From: Sulfurimonas sp.
GTDB lineage: Bacteria; Campylobacterota; Campylobacteria; Campylobacterales; Sulfurimonadaceae
Assembly: GCA_034005845.1 (NCBI GenBank)
Contig: JAVETX010000002.1
Span: forward strand, 2,342 to 66,341
Reading direction: 5' to 3'
DNA length: 64,000 nucleotides
Positions 30,918-41,976 of the stretch are shown here, in pieces (within the stretch, counting starts at the first letter, position 1; each line of letters starts with the position of its first letter). Position numbers and translations under genes: made by a program. The notes under the pieces were generated by a model. That model did no database searches. It was not told the origin of the DNA and saw only the letters and a program-made list of their open reading frames with translations.

Positions 30918-31247
30918 ATGAATAAAGTTTCAATTTTGTTGATTGTTGTCTTTGCTTTTTCTACTTTACATGCAGCAGCATACAAGGGGCAGAGGGAGTT
31001 TGTAAGAAATTGTGTGGGGTGCCATGATACAGGACAAGCTTTTGTAGCGGAGAAGAAAATGCGTTACTGGGATCAGGTAACGAAGAAAAATGGTAAAGAG
31101 CTCGCTGAGATCCATCTCAAAAGTAGCAAGGCAAAAAAGTCTTGGAAATATTTTAAAGCTAGCAGATATAAAAAAATGTCAAAACATTTATCTGACTTTT
31201 TACAAGAATATGCAAAAGATAGTGGAAACGTTCCTGCATGTAACTAA
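30918..31247 (+). CDS. Monoheme cytochrome c, paralogue B (very basic)
   Basis: Signal peptide, CVGCH, C-terminus EYAKDSGNVPACN. Confidence 0.88.
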   Translation: MNKVSILLIVVFAFSTLHAAAYKGQREFVRNCVGCHDTGQAFVAEKKMRYWDQVTKKNGKELAEIHLKSSKAKKSWKYFKASRYKKMSKHLSDFLQEYAKDSGNVPACN

Positions 31248-31253
31248 CTTATA

Positions 31254-31282
31254 AGAAGCTACATCTTATCCTCGTAGCTTCT
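31254..31282 (+). terminator. Hairpin after the cytochrome pair
   Basis: Perfect 9-bp stem AGAAGCTAC/GTAGCTTCT with an 11-nt loop, 7 nt after the stop codon. Confidence 0.6.
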
Positions 31283-31347
31283 ATCCCCCTTTGTAATCTC
31301 ACGTATTTTAGTTAAAATAACAAACTTTTTTATGAATTGGAGAATTT

Positions 31348-32727
31348 ATGGACAAAATGTGGTCAGGTCGTTTTTCTGCAAGTGCATCGGATCTTTTAGA
31401 TCAATTTAATGCTTCTATAATGTTTGATAGAAAACTTTATCGTGAAGATATTGAGGGCTCGCTCGCTCACGCTACTATGCTTGAGCACCAAGGGATCCTT
31501 ACATCCCAAGAGCTCGACGAGATCAAGAGTGGTCTCGCACAAGTGATGCAAGAGATCGAAGAGGGGAGCTTTGAGTGGAAGATCTCAGATGAAGATCTTC
31601 ATATGGGGATTGAGAAGCGCCTTACAGCTCTTATTGGAGATGCTGGGAAAAAACTGCATACTGCGCGTAGCCGTAACGATCAGATCGCTACAGATTTTAG
31701 ACGTTATGTTCTCAAAAAAAATCTTGAGATCGTAGAAGGCCTAAAAGTTCTGATGCAAGAGGTGATCGTGGTCGCCGAGAAGCACACAGAGACACTTCTT
31801 CCCGGTATGACACACCTCCAACACGCACAACCTATTAACTTTGGCTTTCACTTGGGTGCGTATTTAGCGATGTTCAAGCGTGATATTGAGCGTTTTGAAG
31901 ATTCACACAAAAGAAACAATGTCTCACCTCTTGGATGTGCGGCACTCGCTGGAACGCCACACAAGATAGATAGAGAGCTCTCCGCTTCCCTTTTAGGTTT
32001 TGAGAGTGTGAGTATCAATTGTCTTGATACGGTGAGTGACAGGGATTTTGCTTTAGAGATCCTCTTTAATATATCAACGATGATGATGCATATTTCACGT
32101 CTGAGTGAAGAGATCATTATGTGGTCGAGTTATGAGTTTGGTTTTGTGGAACTTAGCGATGAGTACTCTACAGGCTCTTCTATCATGCCACAAAAGAAAA
32201 ACCCTGATGTTCCTGAGCTTTTACGTGGAAAAACTGGGCGCGTTTTTGGTTCACTTATGGGACTCTTAACGGTGATGAAAGGTCTTCCACTCGCGTACAA
32301 CAAAGATACGCAAGAGGATAAAGAGGGTGTTTTTGATGCAGTTGAGACGGCACAGATCTCATTAGAGATCCTCAAAGAAGCGATCAAAACCATGCAGGTA
32401 AAACCTGAAAATATGAAAAACGCTTGTAAAATCGGACACCTTAGTGCAACTGACTTGGCAGATTATTTGGTAGAAAAATGTGGCATACCATTTCGTGAAG
32501 CGCATTTTATTACTGGAAAAGCGGTGGCAAAAAGTGAAGAGCTGGGCATTGATCTTAGCGATATCGCCCTTGCAGAGCTTCAAGCGATCGATAGTAGAAT
32601 AGACGAGGATGTACTTGCATTTCTCTCGATCAACAACTCTATGAATGCACGAACATCCCAGGGGGGCACATCAAGTCTTCGTACAAAAGAGCAACTCATA
32701 TACTTTAAAAACTTTTTGGAGGCGTAA
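31348..32727 (+). CDS. argH: Argininosuccinate lyase
   Basis: [49 protein letters not shown]. Confidence 0.98.
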   Translation: MDKMWSGRFSASASDLLDQFNASIMFDRKLYREDIEGSLAHATMLEHQGILTSQELDEIKSGLAQVMQEIEEGSFEWKISDEDLHMGIEKRLTALIGDAGKKLHTARSRNDQIATDFRRYVLKKNLEIVEGLKVLMQEVIVVAEKHTETLLPGMTHLQHAQPINFGFHLGAYLAMFKRDIERFEDSHKRNNVSPLGCAALAGTPHKIDRELSASLLGFESVSINCLDTVSDRDFALEILFNISTMMMHISRLSEEIIMWSSYEFGFVELSDEYSTGSSIMPQKKNPDVPELLRGKTGRVFGSLMGLLTVMKGLPLAYNKDTQEDKEGVFDAVETAQISLEILKEAIKTMQVKPENMKNACKIGHLSATDLADYLVEKCGIPFREAHFITGKAVAKSEELGIDLSDIALAELQAIDSRIDEDVLAFLSINNSMNARTSQGGTSSLRTKEQLIYFKNFLEA

Positions 32728-33192
32728 ATGAAAGTCACAGTTTCCCACCAAGACGCAATGAAGTTTGAAGCAAAAACAGAGAAGAGCTCTTTTGTTATCG
32801 ATTGTACACAGATCACTCCTGTAGAATATTTTCTCGCAGGGATCATCACATGTTCTGCAACGGATATGGTGCTTATGCCAAAAAATTCAGGCAAGAGTGT
32901 AAGTAACTTAGTAATAGATGGAGATGCTACGCGTAATGAGGATCATCCTCGTAAGTTTAATGCCTTGCATCTGAACTACACATTTGATTCAGACGCGGAT
33001 GATACGATGGCTGCACGCTGGGTGATGGCATCTCTTGAGACCTATTGCTCTACCATCAACACGATTCGTGATACGACACAGATCAGCTATACGATCACCC
33101 ATAACTCTAAAGTGATTCGCGAAAACGAGAAGATGATCTCAGGTGGTGGAGCAAAGATAGATATGGGTGCAATAGAGAGTTGTCCTAGTTAG
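32728..33192 (+). CDS. OsmC/Ohr-family protein
   Basis: TPVEYFLAGIITCSATD and second Cys in ETYCSTINT; extra C-terminal tail ending ESCPS. Confidence 0.82.
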   Translation: MKVTVSHQDAMKFEAKTEKSSFVIDCTQITPVEYFLAGIITCSATDMVLMPKNSGKSVSNLVIDGDATRNEDHPRKFNALHLNYTFDSDADDTMAARWVMASLETYCSTINTIRDTTQISYTITHNSKVIRENEKMISGGGAKIDMGAIESCPS

Positions 33193-34748
33193 GACTCTCT
33201 TTGTGCGTAAGGCTCTTTGGTGAGGATCCTTGGATCACTCAGCGCTCTTCCTATTGTGAAGTGGTAGAGTGATTGGTATTTGTTTGACTCTAAGCCTAAG
33301 AGCTCATGAAAGATATCGTCTAAAAAACATCCTATCCCTGTGGCACTGAGACCTTGGGATGTGGACTCTAAATAGAGCTGTTGTCCAATCGCTCCACATT
33401 CCCAATACAACTCCTTATAACGATGCTCCCCATAGTTGATAATCTCTTGGCTAAAAGATGCCAACATCCCAAGTGAAAAAGCTCCATCACTCGCTATACT
33501 TTGATTGCAAGAGATGTTTTGTGAGATGGCGCGATAATCACCTTTTTTGAGAAGAAAAAGCTTGGGTTCTCTCTTCTCAAATAAAAAAGATGGATCTAAA
33601 GAGCTTTTGAGATCTTCTAAATGATCTTCTTGGCGCAGATAAAGATACAAGCCTGAATCTAACTCCTCTACACTGTGCACAAAAAGCACAAGATTCACAC
33701 TGTTTTGATAGCCGCTAAAACTCTCTTGTGTAGCGTGTAGGAGTGTCAGAAAACTTTTCTTAGAGATCCATGCATGAGATCTATCCATCATCTGTGCACT
33801 TCTACGTTTGAGTATCACCGATTTTACATCACGACTCGGCTCCCTTTGAGCGATAAACGGTTCTGCTTTTTCCCTTTTTGCAAGAGTGCCTTTGCTTGCC
33901 TCCTCTATCAAAGAGATGAGGGGCCATTTTTGGTGGTTTGTGGCGAGTGTGTTGGCGATAGACTCAAATGGAGCTGGTGCAAGAGAGCTTAGATCTACAT
34001 CTGCATAAGATCTTTGTGGAGAGAAGAGTAAAAGCATATCTGCACTCTCCCTTTCATTGGGATGAAAACGGCTCTCTTGATCAAGTCCAAAGAGCTTATT
34101 GAGCTCTGTGTCACTGAGTGAGTCTATGAGGCTTGAATCCCATCCAAGAGTGAGTCCACTCACTTGTGCCGCACGCATTGCATGTCCAGCATCAAGCTGC
34201 GTATAGCGAAAAGCACGCTCCCCATATTTCCAAACCTCTCTATAAACAATCGAGCTTATAAGAACAAAAAAAGAGCCCTCTGGGAGTGTCTCAAAAAGGG
34301 AGCTCTCAAAAGTAGAGAGCAACTCTAGCGAGTGATCTTTTGGTGCATAGTGTGTTATGGATGTTTGCTCACTCACTCCTTGAATAGGTGGAAGCAAAAG
34401 ATAGGCCTCACTTGGGTGGAGATTGCCACTTGAAGCGTTGCAGCGAAGTGCCCACTCATCAATTCCATTGGACTTGATCGCTGAAATTCCCATACAAAAC
34501 TGTAAAAATTGCGAGAGAGATTCTAACAATAGAGGGGCTGTAGGTACTTGGGATGTAAAGATGAGATGATAAGGTGGGGTGTTATGATTATGTGCTAAGG
34601 GAAGAGTGATTTTTTCTGCCCCACGATAAGAGCGAAAGGGATCAGGCTGATTTGCCCAATCCATATAACCAAGTGAGCGAGCATAGCGACGTGGCGCGTG
34701 TTTGGTTTGTTCATGGTAGGTAAAAATATCTTGTATATTTTTTTTCAA
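33189..34748 (-). CDS. SagB/ThcOx-like tandem nitroreductase-domain protein
   Basis: YHEQTKH, LRCNASSGNLHP, KYGERAFRY...DAGH, second domain YRELYW-like YKELYWECGAIGQQLYL, TGIGCFLD. Confidence 0.85.
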   Translation of the reverse strand: MKKNIQDIFTYHEQTKHAPRRYARSLGYMDWANQPDPFRSYRGAEKITLPLAHNHNTPPYHLIFTSQVPTAPLLLESLSQFLQFCMGISAIKSNGIDEWALRCNASSGNLHPSEAYLLLPPIQGVSEQTSITHYAPKDHSLELLSTFESSLFETLPEGSFFVLISSIVYREVWKYGERAFRYTQLDAGHAMRAAQVSGLTLGWDSSLIDSLSDTELNKLFGLDQESRFHPNERESADMLLLFSPQRSYADVDLSSLAPAPFESIANTLATNHQKWPLISLIEEASKGTLAKREKAEPFIAQREPSRDVKSVILKRRSAQMMDRSHAWISKKSFLTLLHATQESFSGYQNSVNLVLFVHSVEELDSGLYLYLRQEDHLEDLKSSLDPSFLFEKREPKLFLLKKGDYRAISQNISCNQSIASDGAFSLGMLASFSQEIINYGEHRYKELYWECGAIGQQLYLESTSQGLSATGIGCFLDDIFHELLGLESNKYQSLYHFTIGRALSDPRILTKEPYAQRES

Positions 34749-35936
34749 TTAAGCTCCATAATGTTGATAGTATGGTCCCATTCTTTTTGTTACATTTTTA
34801 AGATAGTGTTTTGGCTCATCATAGCGCAGATCTCTTAGGAGTCTATTATACACCTCTTGGGGGGAGAAAGAGTTGATGATAGGGGCAGCTTTTTTCATAT
34901 TATAACTTTTCGTAAAAGCCCAAGCGATATTGCCCGCTCCAGTATTATAAGCGGCGATGGTGCAATAGAGCCTTGCATCTGGATCTTTAATATCTTTGAG
35001 ATATTTGTAATAGAGGATATGCATATACGCAACCCCCATCTCGATGTTATTTTTACTATTATAAAGGTAGCTTCCACTCACGAGCTTTTTTTGCTTGTAA
35101 AGAAAATTATACGCATCGATTCCAGCACTCTTTGGAACGATCTGTAAAAGCCCATAGGCTGGGATGTGAGAGCGTGCTTTTGGGTTAAAGCTACTTTCTG
35201 AGTGCATAATAGCAAACACAAGAGGTAGAGGGATCTTTTGACGTGACGCCTCTTTTTTGACATCTTGATAATACACTTGTGAGCGCTTCAACATCGTATC
35301 TGATGGAAGTTTAACAGAGATGCTGTAGACTTTTTGATGGGGTAGTTTAGTTGTATCTGTGCTTTGGATCTTAGAGGGTTTGACATGGGTGCTGACATAG
35401 CTATCAACATCGGCTTGAGTTGGTTTTTTCTCAAAAAGAACCGGAGCTAAAATAGGTTTTGCATCCACCTTGTCATCTTTGACTTCTACTGGTTTTTTCA
35501 CCTTTGCTAGTTTTTGCTCAAGTGGGTCACTCTCTTGGAGCTCTTTTGTGTCGATCGTGATCACTTTTGACAGAGCTTCTTTGAGCTTTTGTTCTGCCTC
35601 TTGTGGACTTGAAGCGATCGTCTCAACTTGGATGCTCTCTTTTTCAAAATCTACATCCGTTCTTGTTTTTTTGTCCTCTGTATAGTTGACCATTTTCTTT
35701 TTTGTAGAGAGCTTAGGGTCATCCCAAAGGGCTCCTATCTCTTTTTTATAGTCATTATACGCTTGCATTTGCTCTTGTTCATACGCTGCAAAAGCCTCTT
35801 CTTGAGACTTTTTATAGATATCAAAACCGCTTTGTTCTTGGCTAAAACCTTGCATCTGCTCTTTGGCAAAATCTTCGGCACTCTGAGCAAAAGCAAAACT
35901 CAGAAGGGATGTGAGTAGTAGTGTATGTTTAAGCAT
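34749..35936 (-). CDS. MltC-like lytic transglycosylase (DUF3393 + SLT)
   Basis: Signal peptide; AIMHSESSFNP, AYGLLQIVP, AAYNTGAGN. Confidence 0.88.
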   Translation of the reverse strand: MLKHTLLLTSLLSFAFAQSAEDFAKEQMQGFSQEQSGFDIYKKSQEEAFAAYEQEQMQAYNDYKKEIGALWDDPKLSTKKKMVNYTEDKKTRTDVDFEKESIQVETIASSPQEAEQKLKEALSKVITIDTKELQESDPLEQKLAKVKKPVEVKDDKVDAKPILAPVLFEKKPTQADVDSYVSTHVKPSKIQSTDTTKLPHQKVYSISVKLPSDTMLKRSQVYYQDVKKEASRQKIPLPLVFAIMHSESSFNPKARSHIPAYGLLQIVPKSAGIDAYNFLYKQKKLVSGSYLYNSKNNIEMGVAYMHILYYKYLKDIKDPDARLYCTIAAYNTGAGNIAWAFTKSYNMKKAAPIINSFSPQEVYNRLLRDLRYDEPKHYLKNVTKRMGPYYQHYGA

Positions 35937-35952
35937 ATCTTCCCTTTAAATG

Positions 35953-36309
35953 TTAGAAATGACCTTGAGGATCTGCATCGCTAAAGTGTCCCCATTTAAG
36001 TTTTGCACCGCCAAGGATGTGAAAGTGGAGATGCCCCACCTCTTGACCACCGTTCTTACCGATGTTCGTTATCACTCTATAGCCTGTTTTTTCAATATGC
36101 ACTTCGCGCACAAGTTCGTGGATAAACTCAGTCATTTTTCCCATGATACTTGGATCAACTGTATCAAAGCTATCGACATGTTTTTTTGGAATCACCAAGA
36201 TATGGATAGGAGCCTTTGGATTGATATCATGAAATGCGAGAAAATCATCATTTTCTAATACTACATTTGAGGGGATCTCTTTGTTGACCAATTTACAAAA
36301 TAAGCACAT
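35953..36309 (-). CDS. HIT-family nucleotide hydrolase
   Basis: CLFCK, AFHDINPKAPIHILVIPK, GQEVGHLHFHILGG. Start moved from 36402 to 36309. Confidence 0.95.
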   Translation of the reverse strand: MCLFCKLVNKEIPSNVVLENDDFLAFHDINPKAPIHILVIPKKHVDSFDTVDPSIMGKMTEFIHELVREVHIEKTGYRVITNIGKNGGQEVGHLHFHILGGAKLKWGHFSDADPQGHF

Positions 36310-36463
36310 ATATTTTCCTTGTTTTTGGATAATTGTAGCATAGAAAATTGAATCTATGATTGAAAATGAAGCTGTATGTAAATAATAATTGACTATAATC
36401 ATCTGGCTTAAAATCCTACAAAATAATTTTTATTAGGTATATTCTAAAGAATGGAGACTCTAT

Positions 36464-37456
36464 TTGAAAGAGTGGTATGATGCAATTAAAGAAGCACAGA
36501 GTGTTGAAAAACTCGAAGAGATCCGCATCTCTGTGTTTGGAAAAAAAGGTGTTTTAGCAGCTGAGTTTGCAAAGATGAAAAGTGCAGCGAATGAAGAAAA
36601 AGCACAACTCGCAAAAGAACTCAATACACACAAAGCAGCTCTAACGGATGAATTGACACAAAGAAAAGTGGTCCTTCAAACGCTTGAGTTAGAAGCGAAT
36701 ATGAAAGCAGAAGCGATCGATGTTTCACTCTATCGCGCAAAATGCGAATCGGGCGGGCTTCATCCTGTAATGGAGACGATGGATAGAATTATTGAGTACT
36801 TTGTAGCGATGAACTTTGCAGTAAAAACTGGAAATATGCTCGAAGACGATTTTAACAATTTTGAAGCGCTCAATCTACCAAAGTACCATCCAGCACGCGA
36901 TATGCAAGATACTTTTTATTTTAAAGATGAGATGTTACTTCGTACCCATACATCCCCAGTACAGATCCGTACAATGATGGCGAATAAGCCACCGATCCGT
37001 ATGATCGCTCCTGGTGCTGTATTTCGTCGCGACTATGATTTGACCCATACACCGATGTTTCACCAAGTTGAGGGTCTGCTTGTAGATGAAGAGGGAAAAG
37101 TCTCTTTTGCAAATCTCAAGTTTATCTTAGAAGACTTTTTAAAGTATATGTTTGGGGATGTAGAGGTGCGTTTTCGCCCTTCATTCTTCCCTTTTACAGA
37201 GCCATCTGCTGAGGTGGATATCTCGTGTGTTTTTTGTAAGGGTGATGGTTGTCGTGTATGTTCTAAGACAGGCTGGTTAGAGGTCTTGGGATGTGGAATC
37301 GTAGATCCAAATGTATTTGACGCTGTTGGATACAAAGATGTAAGTGGGTATGCATTTGGTTTAGGTGTAGAAAGGTTTGCAATGTTGATTCATCATATTG
37401 GTGACTTACGCTCACTCTTTGAGGGTGATATAAAACTATTGGAGCAGTTTCAATGA
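36464..37456 (+). CDS. pheS: Phenylalanine-tRNA ligase alpha subunit
   Basis: [47 protein letters not shown]-type motif. Confidence 0.98.
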   Translation: MKEWYDAIKEAQSVEKLEEIRISVFGKKGVLAAEFAKMKSAANEEKAQLAKELNTHKAALTDELTQRKVVLQTLELEANMKAEAIDVSLYRAKCESGGLHPVMETMDRIIEYFVAMNFAVKTGNMLEDDFNNFEALNLPKYHPARDMQDTFYFKDEMLLRTHTSPVQIRTMMANKPPIRMIAPGAVFRRDYDLTHTPMFHQVEGLLVDEEGKVSFANLKFILEDFLKYMFGDVEVRFRPSFFPFTEPSAEVDISCVFCKGDGCRVCSKTGWLEVLGCGIVDPNVFDAVGYKDVSGYAFGLGVERFAMLIHHIGDLRSLFEGDIKLLEQFQ

Positions 37457-39789
37457 TAGTAACAAGAAGCTGGCTGAGTGAATGGATCGATCTTAGCGGT
37501 ATCACAACGGATGATCTTACAAAAACACTTAACTCTATTGGTTTGGAAGTGGACCGTGTACATAAGTATGAGATCCCTTCAAAGATCATCTTTGGACGCG
37601 TTTTAGATTGTGAAAAACATCCTGATGCAGATAAGTTAAACGTCTGTAAAGTAGATATTGGTACAAGTGTACGCCAGATCGTTTGTGGGGCATCGAATGT
37701 CCGTGCAGGCTTGGATGTAGTGGTCGCAACCATTGGCGCTGTAATGCCAAGTGGTCTAGTCATCAAACCTGTCAAACTTCGTGGTGTTGAGAGTGAGGGG
37801 ATGATCTGTTCGGCAAGTGAGATAGGACTAGAAGATTGTCAAAGCGGTATTATCGAACTTGATAAAAGTGTGGGTACTTATGAACTAGGGCAAGAGCTTT
37901 GCACTAACCCTATCTTCAATGATGACCTTATCGAGATCGAGCTTACTGCCAATCGTGGTGATTGTCTGAGTATTCGCGGGATCGCAAGAGATCTTAGCGC
38001 TGCACTTGGACGTGACCTCAAAGAGAGAAATACAGAAGATAGTAATGAAGATAGACGTATTGGTATCGGGAGAATCCTCTCTTTGGCACACGAAAAAGAT
38101 CTTCATGTCAATCTTCGCTATAAAGCGGTTGATCTTGAGGGGCTTGCACTTCCATTTGTTGTAAAATTGCGCCTTGCACAGATCGAAGAGAAAAGAGAAA
38201 CAGATATTGAATCACTGATGCTTTATGCAACGCATAGTAGCGGGGTGATCTTACGTGCGTATGATTATAGTTTCTTCTGTGATAAAGAGGAGACGATGGC
38301 AAAAGTGGAGCTCAGTGAAGATGAGAATGGCTATGCGATCATCGGCTCAAAAGAGAAAGCTTCTACGATAGGGATCATTCAAGAGGATGATTCTAAAGTC
38401 AAATATGACAAGGGTACCGTTCTCATCGAAGCGAGCTACATCCCACCTGATATTATCTCTAAGCAGATGTATGTAAATAAAATACCTTCTGGACCAATGT
38501 ATTATAGAACATCACGTGGAAGTGAGCCTGAACTCAATCAAGGGCTTGACTTTTGTCTTCAAATCTTAGAGGAGAACTCTGAGTCTTCAATCTATGGTGG
38601 AACGATAGAGATCAGTGATAAATATGATGAAAAAGTTGTAAGTGTCACCAAAAAAGAGATCGATGCAATCATCGGTGCGACAATAGAAAAAGCAAAGATC
38701 ACGAAGATACTCAAAAATCTCGGGTTTAATACTTCAAAATCTCAGGCAGATACTTTTGTGATCACAGTGCCTAGATTTCGTCACGATATTGTCAATAAGC
38801 AAGATGTGATCGAAGAGATCGTACGTATGATCGGGATCGATAATATCCCTTCAAAACCTTTTGTATTTACAGAAGCAAATAGATTTGAAGATGATTATTT
38901 TCTCTTTAAGAAAAAGCGCTTTTTTCGACATAAAGCTGCAAGCTGTGGCTTTTTTGAGAGTGTTCATTTTGTATTTGATGAGAAAAAAGTGCTCAATGGT
39001 TTTGGCTTTGAAACAACACAAGAGGAGCTAGAACTTCTCAATCCGATCGTCAATACCCTTGATACGCTTCGACCAACACTCATTACAGGTTTACTCAAAG
39101 CAGCGTCTCAAAACAAAAAGAATGGCTATGCAAGTGTGAGACTTTTTGAAGTGGGTTCTGTATTCTCCCCTTTACGTGAGGAGAGTTTAAAGATGGGATT
39201 ACTCTTTAGTGGTGACAAAGAACAAGAGTCTCTTTTAAATAGTGGAAAGCCCTCTTTGATCGATTTTGGAACCTTTGTACAAAAAGTAGCGGATGTGATT
39301 GGTGATTTCGAACTCCAAGCGTATGAGACAAAACATTCACTCTCCCATCAGTATCAATCAGCACAAATTCTTATCGCTGGCGAAGTAGCAGGGGAGCTTT
39401 TTAGACTTCACCCAAATGTTGAAGAGAGTTATGATCTTGAAGCGACCTATATTTGTGAGCTTGATTTTGAGAAAATTCCATTTGCACTCAAAAAAGCAAA
39501 AAGCTATTCAAAATACCAAGCTTCTTTTAGAGATTTGAGTGTCATTATTCCAAAAGAGATGCGTTTTTCTCAGCTTCAAGCTGTGATCGATGCACTAGAG
39601 AATGAAGAACTTATTCGCTACTATCCAGTCGATAGATATTCTGATGCAAGTCTTGGTGAAAATATAAGTCTCTCGATTCGATTTGTACTTCAATCGCAAG
39701 AGAAAACATTGCAAGAGGAGGATATCACCTCTACTATGGATGCAATCTTAGAAGCATTCAAAACAAACTTAGGTGTAGGTCTGAGATGA
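37453..39789 (+). CDS. pheT: Phenylalanine-tRNA ligase beta subunit
   Basis: [45 protein letters not shown]. Confidence 0.97.
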   Translation: MIVTRSWLSEWIDLSGITTDDLTKTLNSIGLEVDRVHKYEIPSKIIFGRVLDCEKHPDADKLNVCKVDIGTSVRQIVCGASNVRAGLDVVVATIGAVMPSGLVIKPVKLRGVESEGMICSASEIGLEDCQSGIIELDKSVGTYELGQELCTNPIFNDDLIEIELTANRGDCLSIRGIARDLSAALGRDLKERNTEDSNEDRRIGIGRILSLAHEKDLHVNLRYKAVDLEGLALPFVVKLRLAQIEEKRETDIESLMLYATHSSGVILRAYDYSFFCDKEETMAKVELSEDENGYAIIGSKEKASTIGIIQEDDSKVKYDKGTVLIEASYIPPDIISKQMYVNKIPSGPMYYRTSRGSEPELNQGLDFCLQILEENSESSIYGGTIEISDKYDEKVVSVTKKEIDAIIGATIEKAKITKILKNLGFNTSKSQADTFVITVPRFRHDIVNKQDVIEEIVRMIGIDNIPSKPFVFTEANRFEDDYFLFKKKRFFRHKAASCGFFESVHFVFDEKKVLNGFGFETTQEELELLNPIVNTLDTLRPTLITGLLKAASQNKKNGYASVRLFEVGSVFSPLREESLKMGLLFSGDKEQESLLNSGKPSLIDFGTFVQKVADVIGDFELQAYETKHSLSHQYQSAQILIAGEVAGELFRLHPNVEESYDLEATYICELDFEKIPFALKKAKSYSKYQASFRDLSVIIPKEMRFSQLQAVIDALENEELIRYYPVDRYSDASLGENISLSIRFVLQSQEKTLQEEDITSTMDAILEAFKTNLGVGLR

Positions 39790-41060
39790 AAAATGTAAAA
39801 GTATCACCTTGTAGTTCGTTCCATATCACGATTGCAGATATTGCAAGTGATAAGTCGATCTCACACCGCTCTGCTATGTTTGCGATGTTGGCTTCGGGTG
39901 AGAGTGTTGTGACAAACTTCTTACGCGCTGAAGATACGATGAATACACTCAATATCGTCAAAAATCTTGGCGCAAAAGTAGAAGATGACGGGGAGACGAT
40001 CCGTATCAGTTCAGAGGGGATACAAGAGAGTTTTGAAGTACTTGATTGTGGCAACTCTGGAACGGGTATGCGTCTTTTTTGTGGACTTTTAAGCTCTGCA
40101 AATGGTCATTTTGTGCTCACTGGCGATGAATATCTTCGTCGTCGTCCGATGAAGCGTGTCACCGCTCCCCTACAAGATATCGGTGCAAAACTTGATGGTC
40201 GTGCGCATGGAGATCTCGCCCCTCTGAGTATTCGTGGAGCATCTCTGCGTGCTTTTGATTATGAGAGCAAGATCGCATCCGCTCAAGTAAAGAGTGCTAT
40301 GATCCTTGCGGCACTTCGTGCAGATGGTGTTTGTACGTACCGTGAGCCAGAACTCAGCCGTGATCATACAGAGCGGATGTTACGAGGGATGGGTGCTGAT
40401 ATTCAAGTAGAGGGTCTCAAAACAACGATCACTCCACTTAAAGAACTTCTCTCACCCTTACATATTCGCGTACCAGCAGATCCATCGAGTGCTTTTTTCT
40501 TTGCTGTTGCTGCTGCTATCACACCAGGTTCGGATGTAGTACTTCAAGGGGTGACACTCAACCCTACACGTATTGAAGCGTTTAAAGCGCTTGAGCGTAT
40601 GGGTGCGGATATAGTGTATGAGCTCAAAGAGGATAAATACGAACCTGTGGGCGATATTCATGTCAAATATGCACCGCTTCATGCGATCATTGTAGAGGAA
40701 AATATCTCTTGGCTTATCGATGAGCTTCCAGCTCTTTCTATCGCTTTTGCGTGTGCGAGTGGGACGAGTGTGGTGAAAAATGCCGAGGAGCTTCGTGTCA
40801 AAGAGAGTGATAGAATCTCTACTGTGGTCAATGGTCTTCGCACTTGTGGCATAGAGGTTGATGAGGTGGAAGATGGCTACTCGGTAGTAGGCTCCAAGCT
40901 GCAATCTGCTGTGATCGAGAGTCATGGAGACCATAGAATAGCGATGAGCTTTCTTATTGCAGGTCTTCGCTGTGGTATGGAAGTAAAAGATGTTGAGTGT
41001 ATCAACACATCTTTTCCAAACTTTTTTGAGATCCTTTCACAACTTACAAAGGTTGAGTAG
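39786..41060 (+). CDS. aroA: EPSP synthase
   Basis: [49 protein letters not shown]. Confidence 0.98.
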   Translation: MKNVKVSPCSSFHITIADIASDKSISHRSAMFAMLASGESVVTNFLRAEDTMNTLNIVKNLGAKVEDDGETIRISSEGIQESFEVLDCGNSGTGMRLFCGLLSSANGHFVLTGDEYLRRRPMKRVTAPLQDIGAKLDGRAHGDLAPLSIRGASLRAFDYESKIASAQVKSAMILAALRADGVCTYREPELSRDHTERMLRGMGADIQVEGLKTTITPLKELLSPLHIRVPADPSSAFFFAVAAAITPGSDVVLQGVTLNPTRIEAFKALERMGADIVYELKEDKYEPVGDIHVKYAPLHAIIVEENISWLIDELPALSIAFACASGTSVVKNAEELRVKESDRISTVVNGLRTCGIEVDEVEDGYSVVGSKLQSAVIESHGDHRIAMSFLIAGLRCGMEVKDVECINTSFPNFFEILSQLTKVE

Positions 41061-41062
41061 AT

Positions 41063-41902
41063 ATGAAAATACAGCTTGCTGAGAATTATGGGTTTTGTTT
41101 TGGTGTCAAGCGTGCGATCAAGATCGCTGAAGAGAATAAAAACTCCTCAACTTATGGTCCATTAATCCATAACTCCAAAGAGATCGAACGTCTTGAAAAA
41201 GATTTTAAAGTGGGTCTCACAGATGATTTTAGAACCTTTGCTAAAGGGGATAAAGCCGTTATCCGTACCCATGGAATCCCAAAAAATGAGCTTGAAGCTC
41301 TGCACAATAATGGTGTGGATGTAGTCGATGCAACTTGCCCTTATGTGACTAAACCCCAACAGATCTGCCAAGAGATGAGTGAGGCTGGATACGATATCGT
41401 GATTTTTGGAGATGATACACATCCAGAGATCAAAGGTGTGAAAAGTTACGCAACTCATGGTGCCCACGTTGTTTCCTCTGCAAAAGATCTTGAAGATATC
41501 AAACTTTCTGAAAAAGTGGCACTTGTCGCACAAACAACCCGAAAAATAGATGAGTATATGGATGTAGCGAATTTTTTGATCGCACGCCATAAAGAGGTGC
41601 GTGTTTTTAATACGATCTGTAACGCTACTTTTGAGAATCAAGATGCTGTGAAAAAACTCTCTAAAGAAGCGGATGTAATGATCATTATCGGTGGAAAAAA
41701 CTCCTCCAATACGAAGCAACTCTTTAGTATCTCCCAAGATAACTGCGCAGATAGTTACCATATAGAAGATGAAAAAGATTTGGATTGTAGATGGTTTGAG
41801 AATAAATCTTTGTGTGGCATCAGTGCGGGAGCTTCTACACCTGACTGGATTATCCAAAATGTTATCAAAGCGATCCAAGAAAACTGTCTAATTCAAAATT
41901 GA
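41063..41902 (+). CDS. ispH: 4-hydroxy-3-methylbut-2-enyl diphosphate reductase
   Basis: GFCFGVKRA, IRTHG, DATCPYV, NTICNAT, SSNT, GASTP. Confidence 0.97.
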   Translation: MKIQLAENYGFCFGVKRAIKIAEENKNSSTYGPLIHNSKEIERLEKDFKVGLTDDFRTFAKGDKAVIRTHGIPKNELEALHNNGVDVVDATCPYVTKPQQICQEMSEAGYDIVIFGDDTHPEIKGVKSYATHGAHVVSSAKDLEDIKLSEKVALVAQTTRKIDEYMDVANFLIARHKEVRVFNTICNATFENQDAVKKLSKEADVMIIIGGKNSSNTKQLFSISQDNCADSYHIEDEKDLDCRWFENKSLCGISAGASTPDWIIQNVIKAIQENCLIQN

Positions 41903-41976
41903 AGAGTAGATTAATCTAAAAATAATCAATTTTTAGGTACAATTGCCACAATTTTTATGTAACAAGAGGATAGGTA

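Noticed and set aside
33189-34748. Thiazole/oxazole RiPP cluster
   Set aside because: No YcaO/E1 protein, precursor peptide or dedicated exporter in the neighbourhood.
5701-34863. Phase-variable homopolymer tracts
   Set aside because: Only A/T runs of about 9 or fewer and G runs of about 6; no long poly-G/C contingency tracts, and reading frames are intact.
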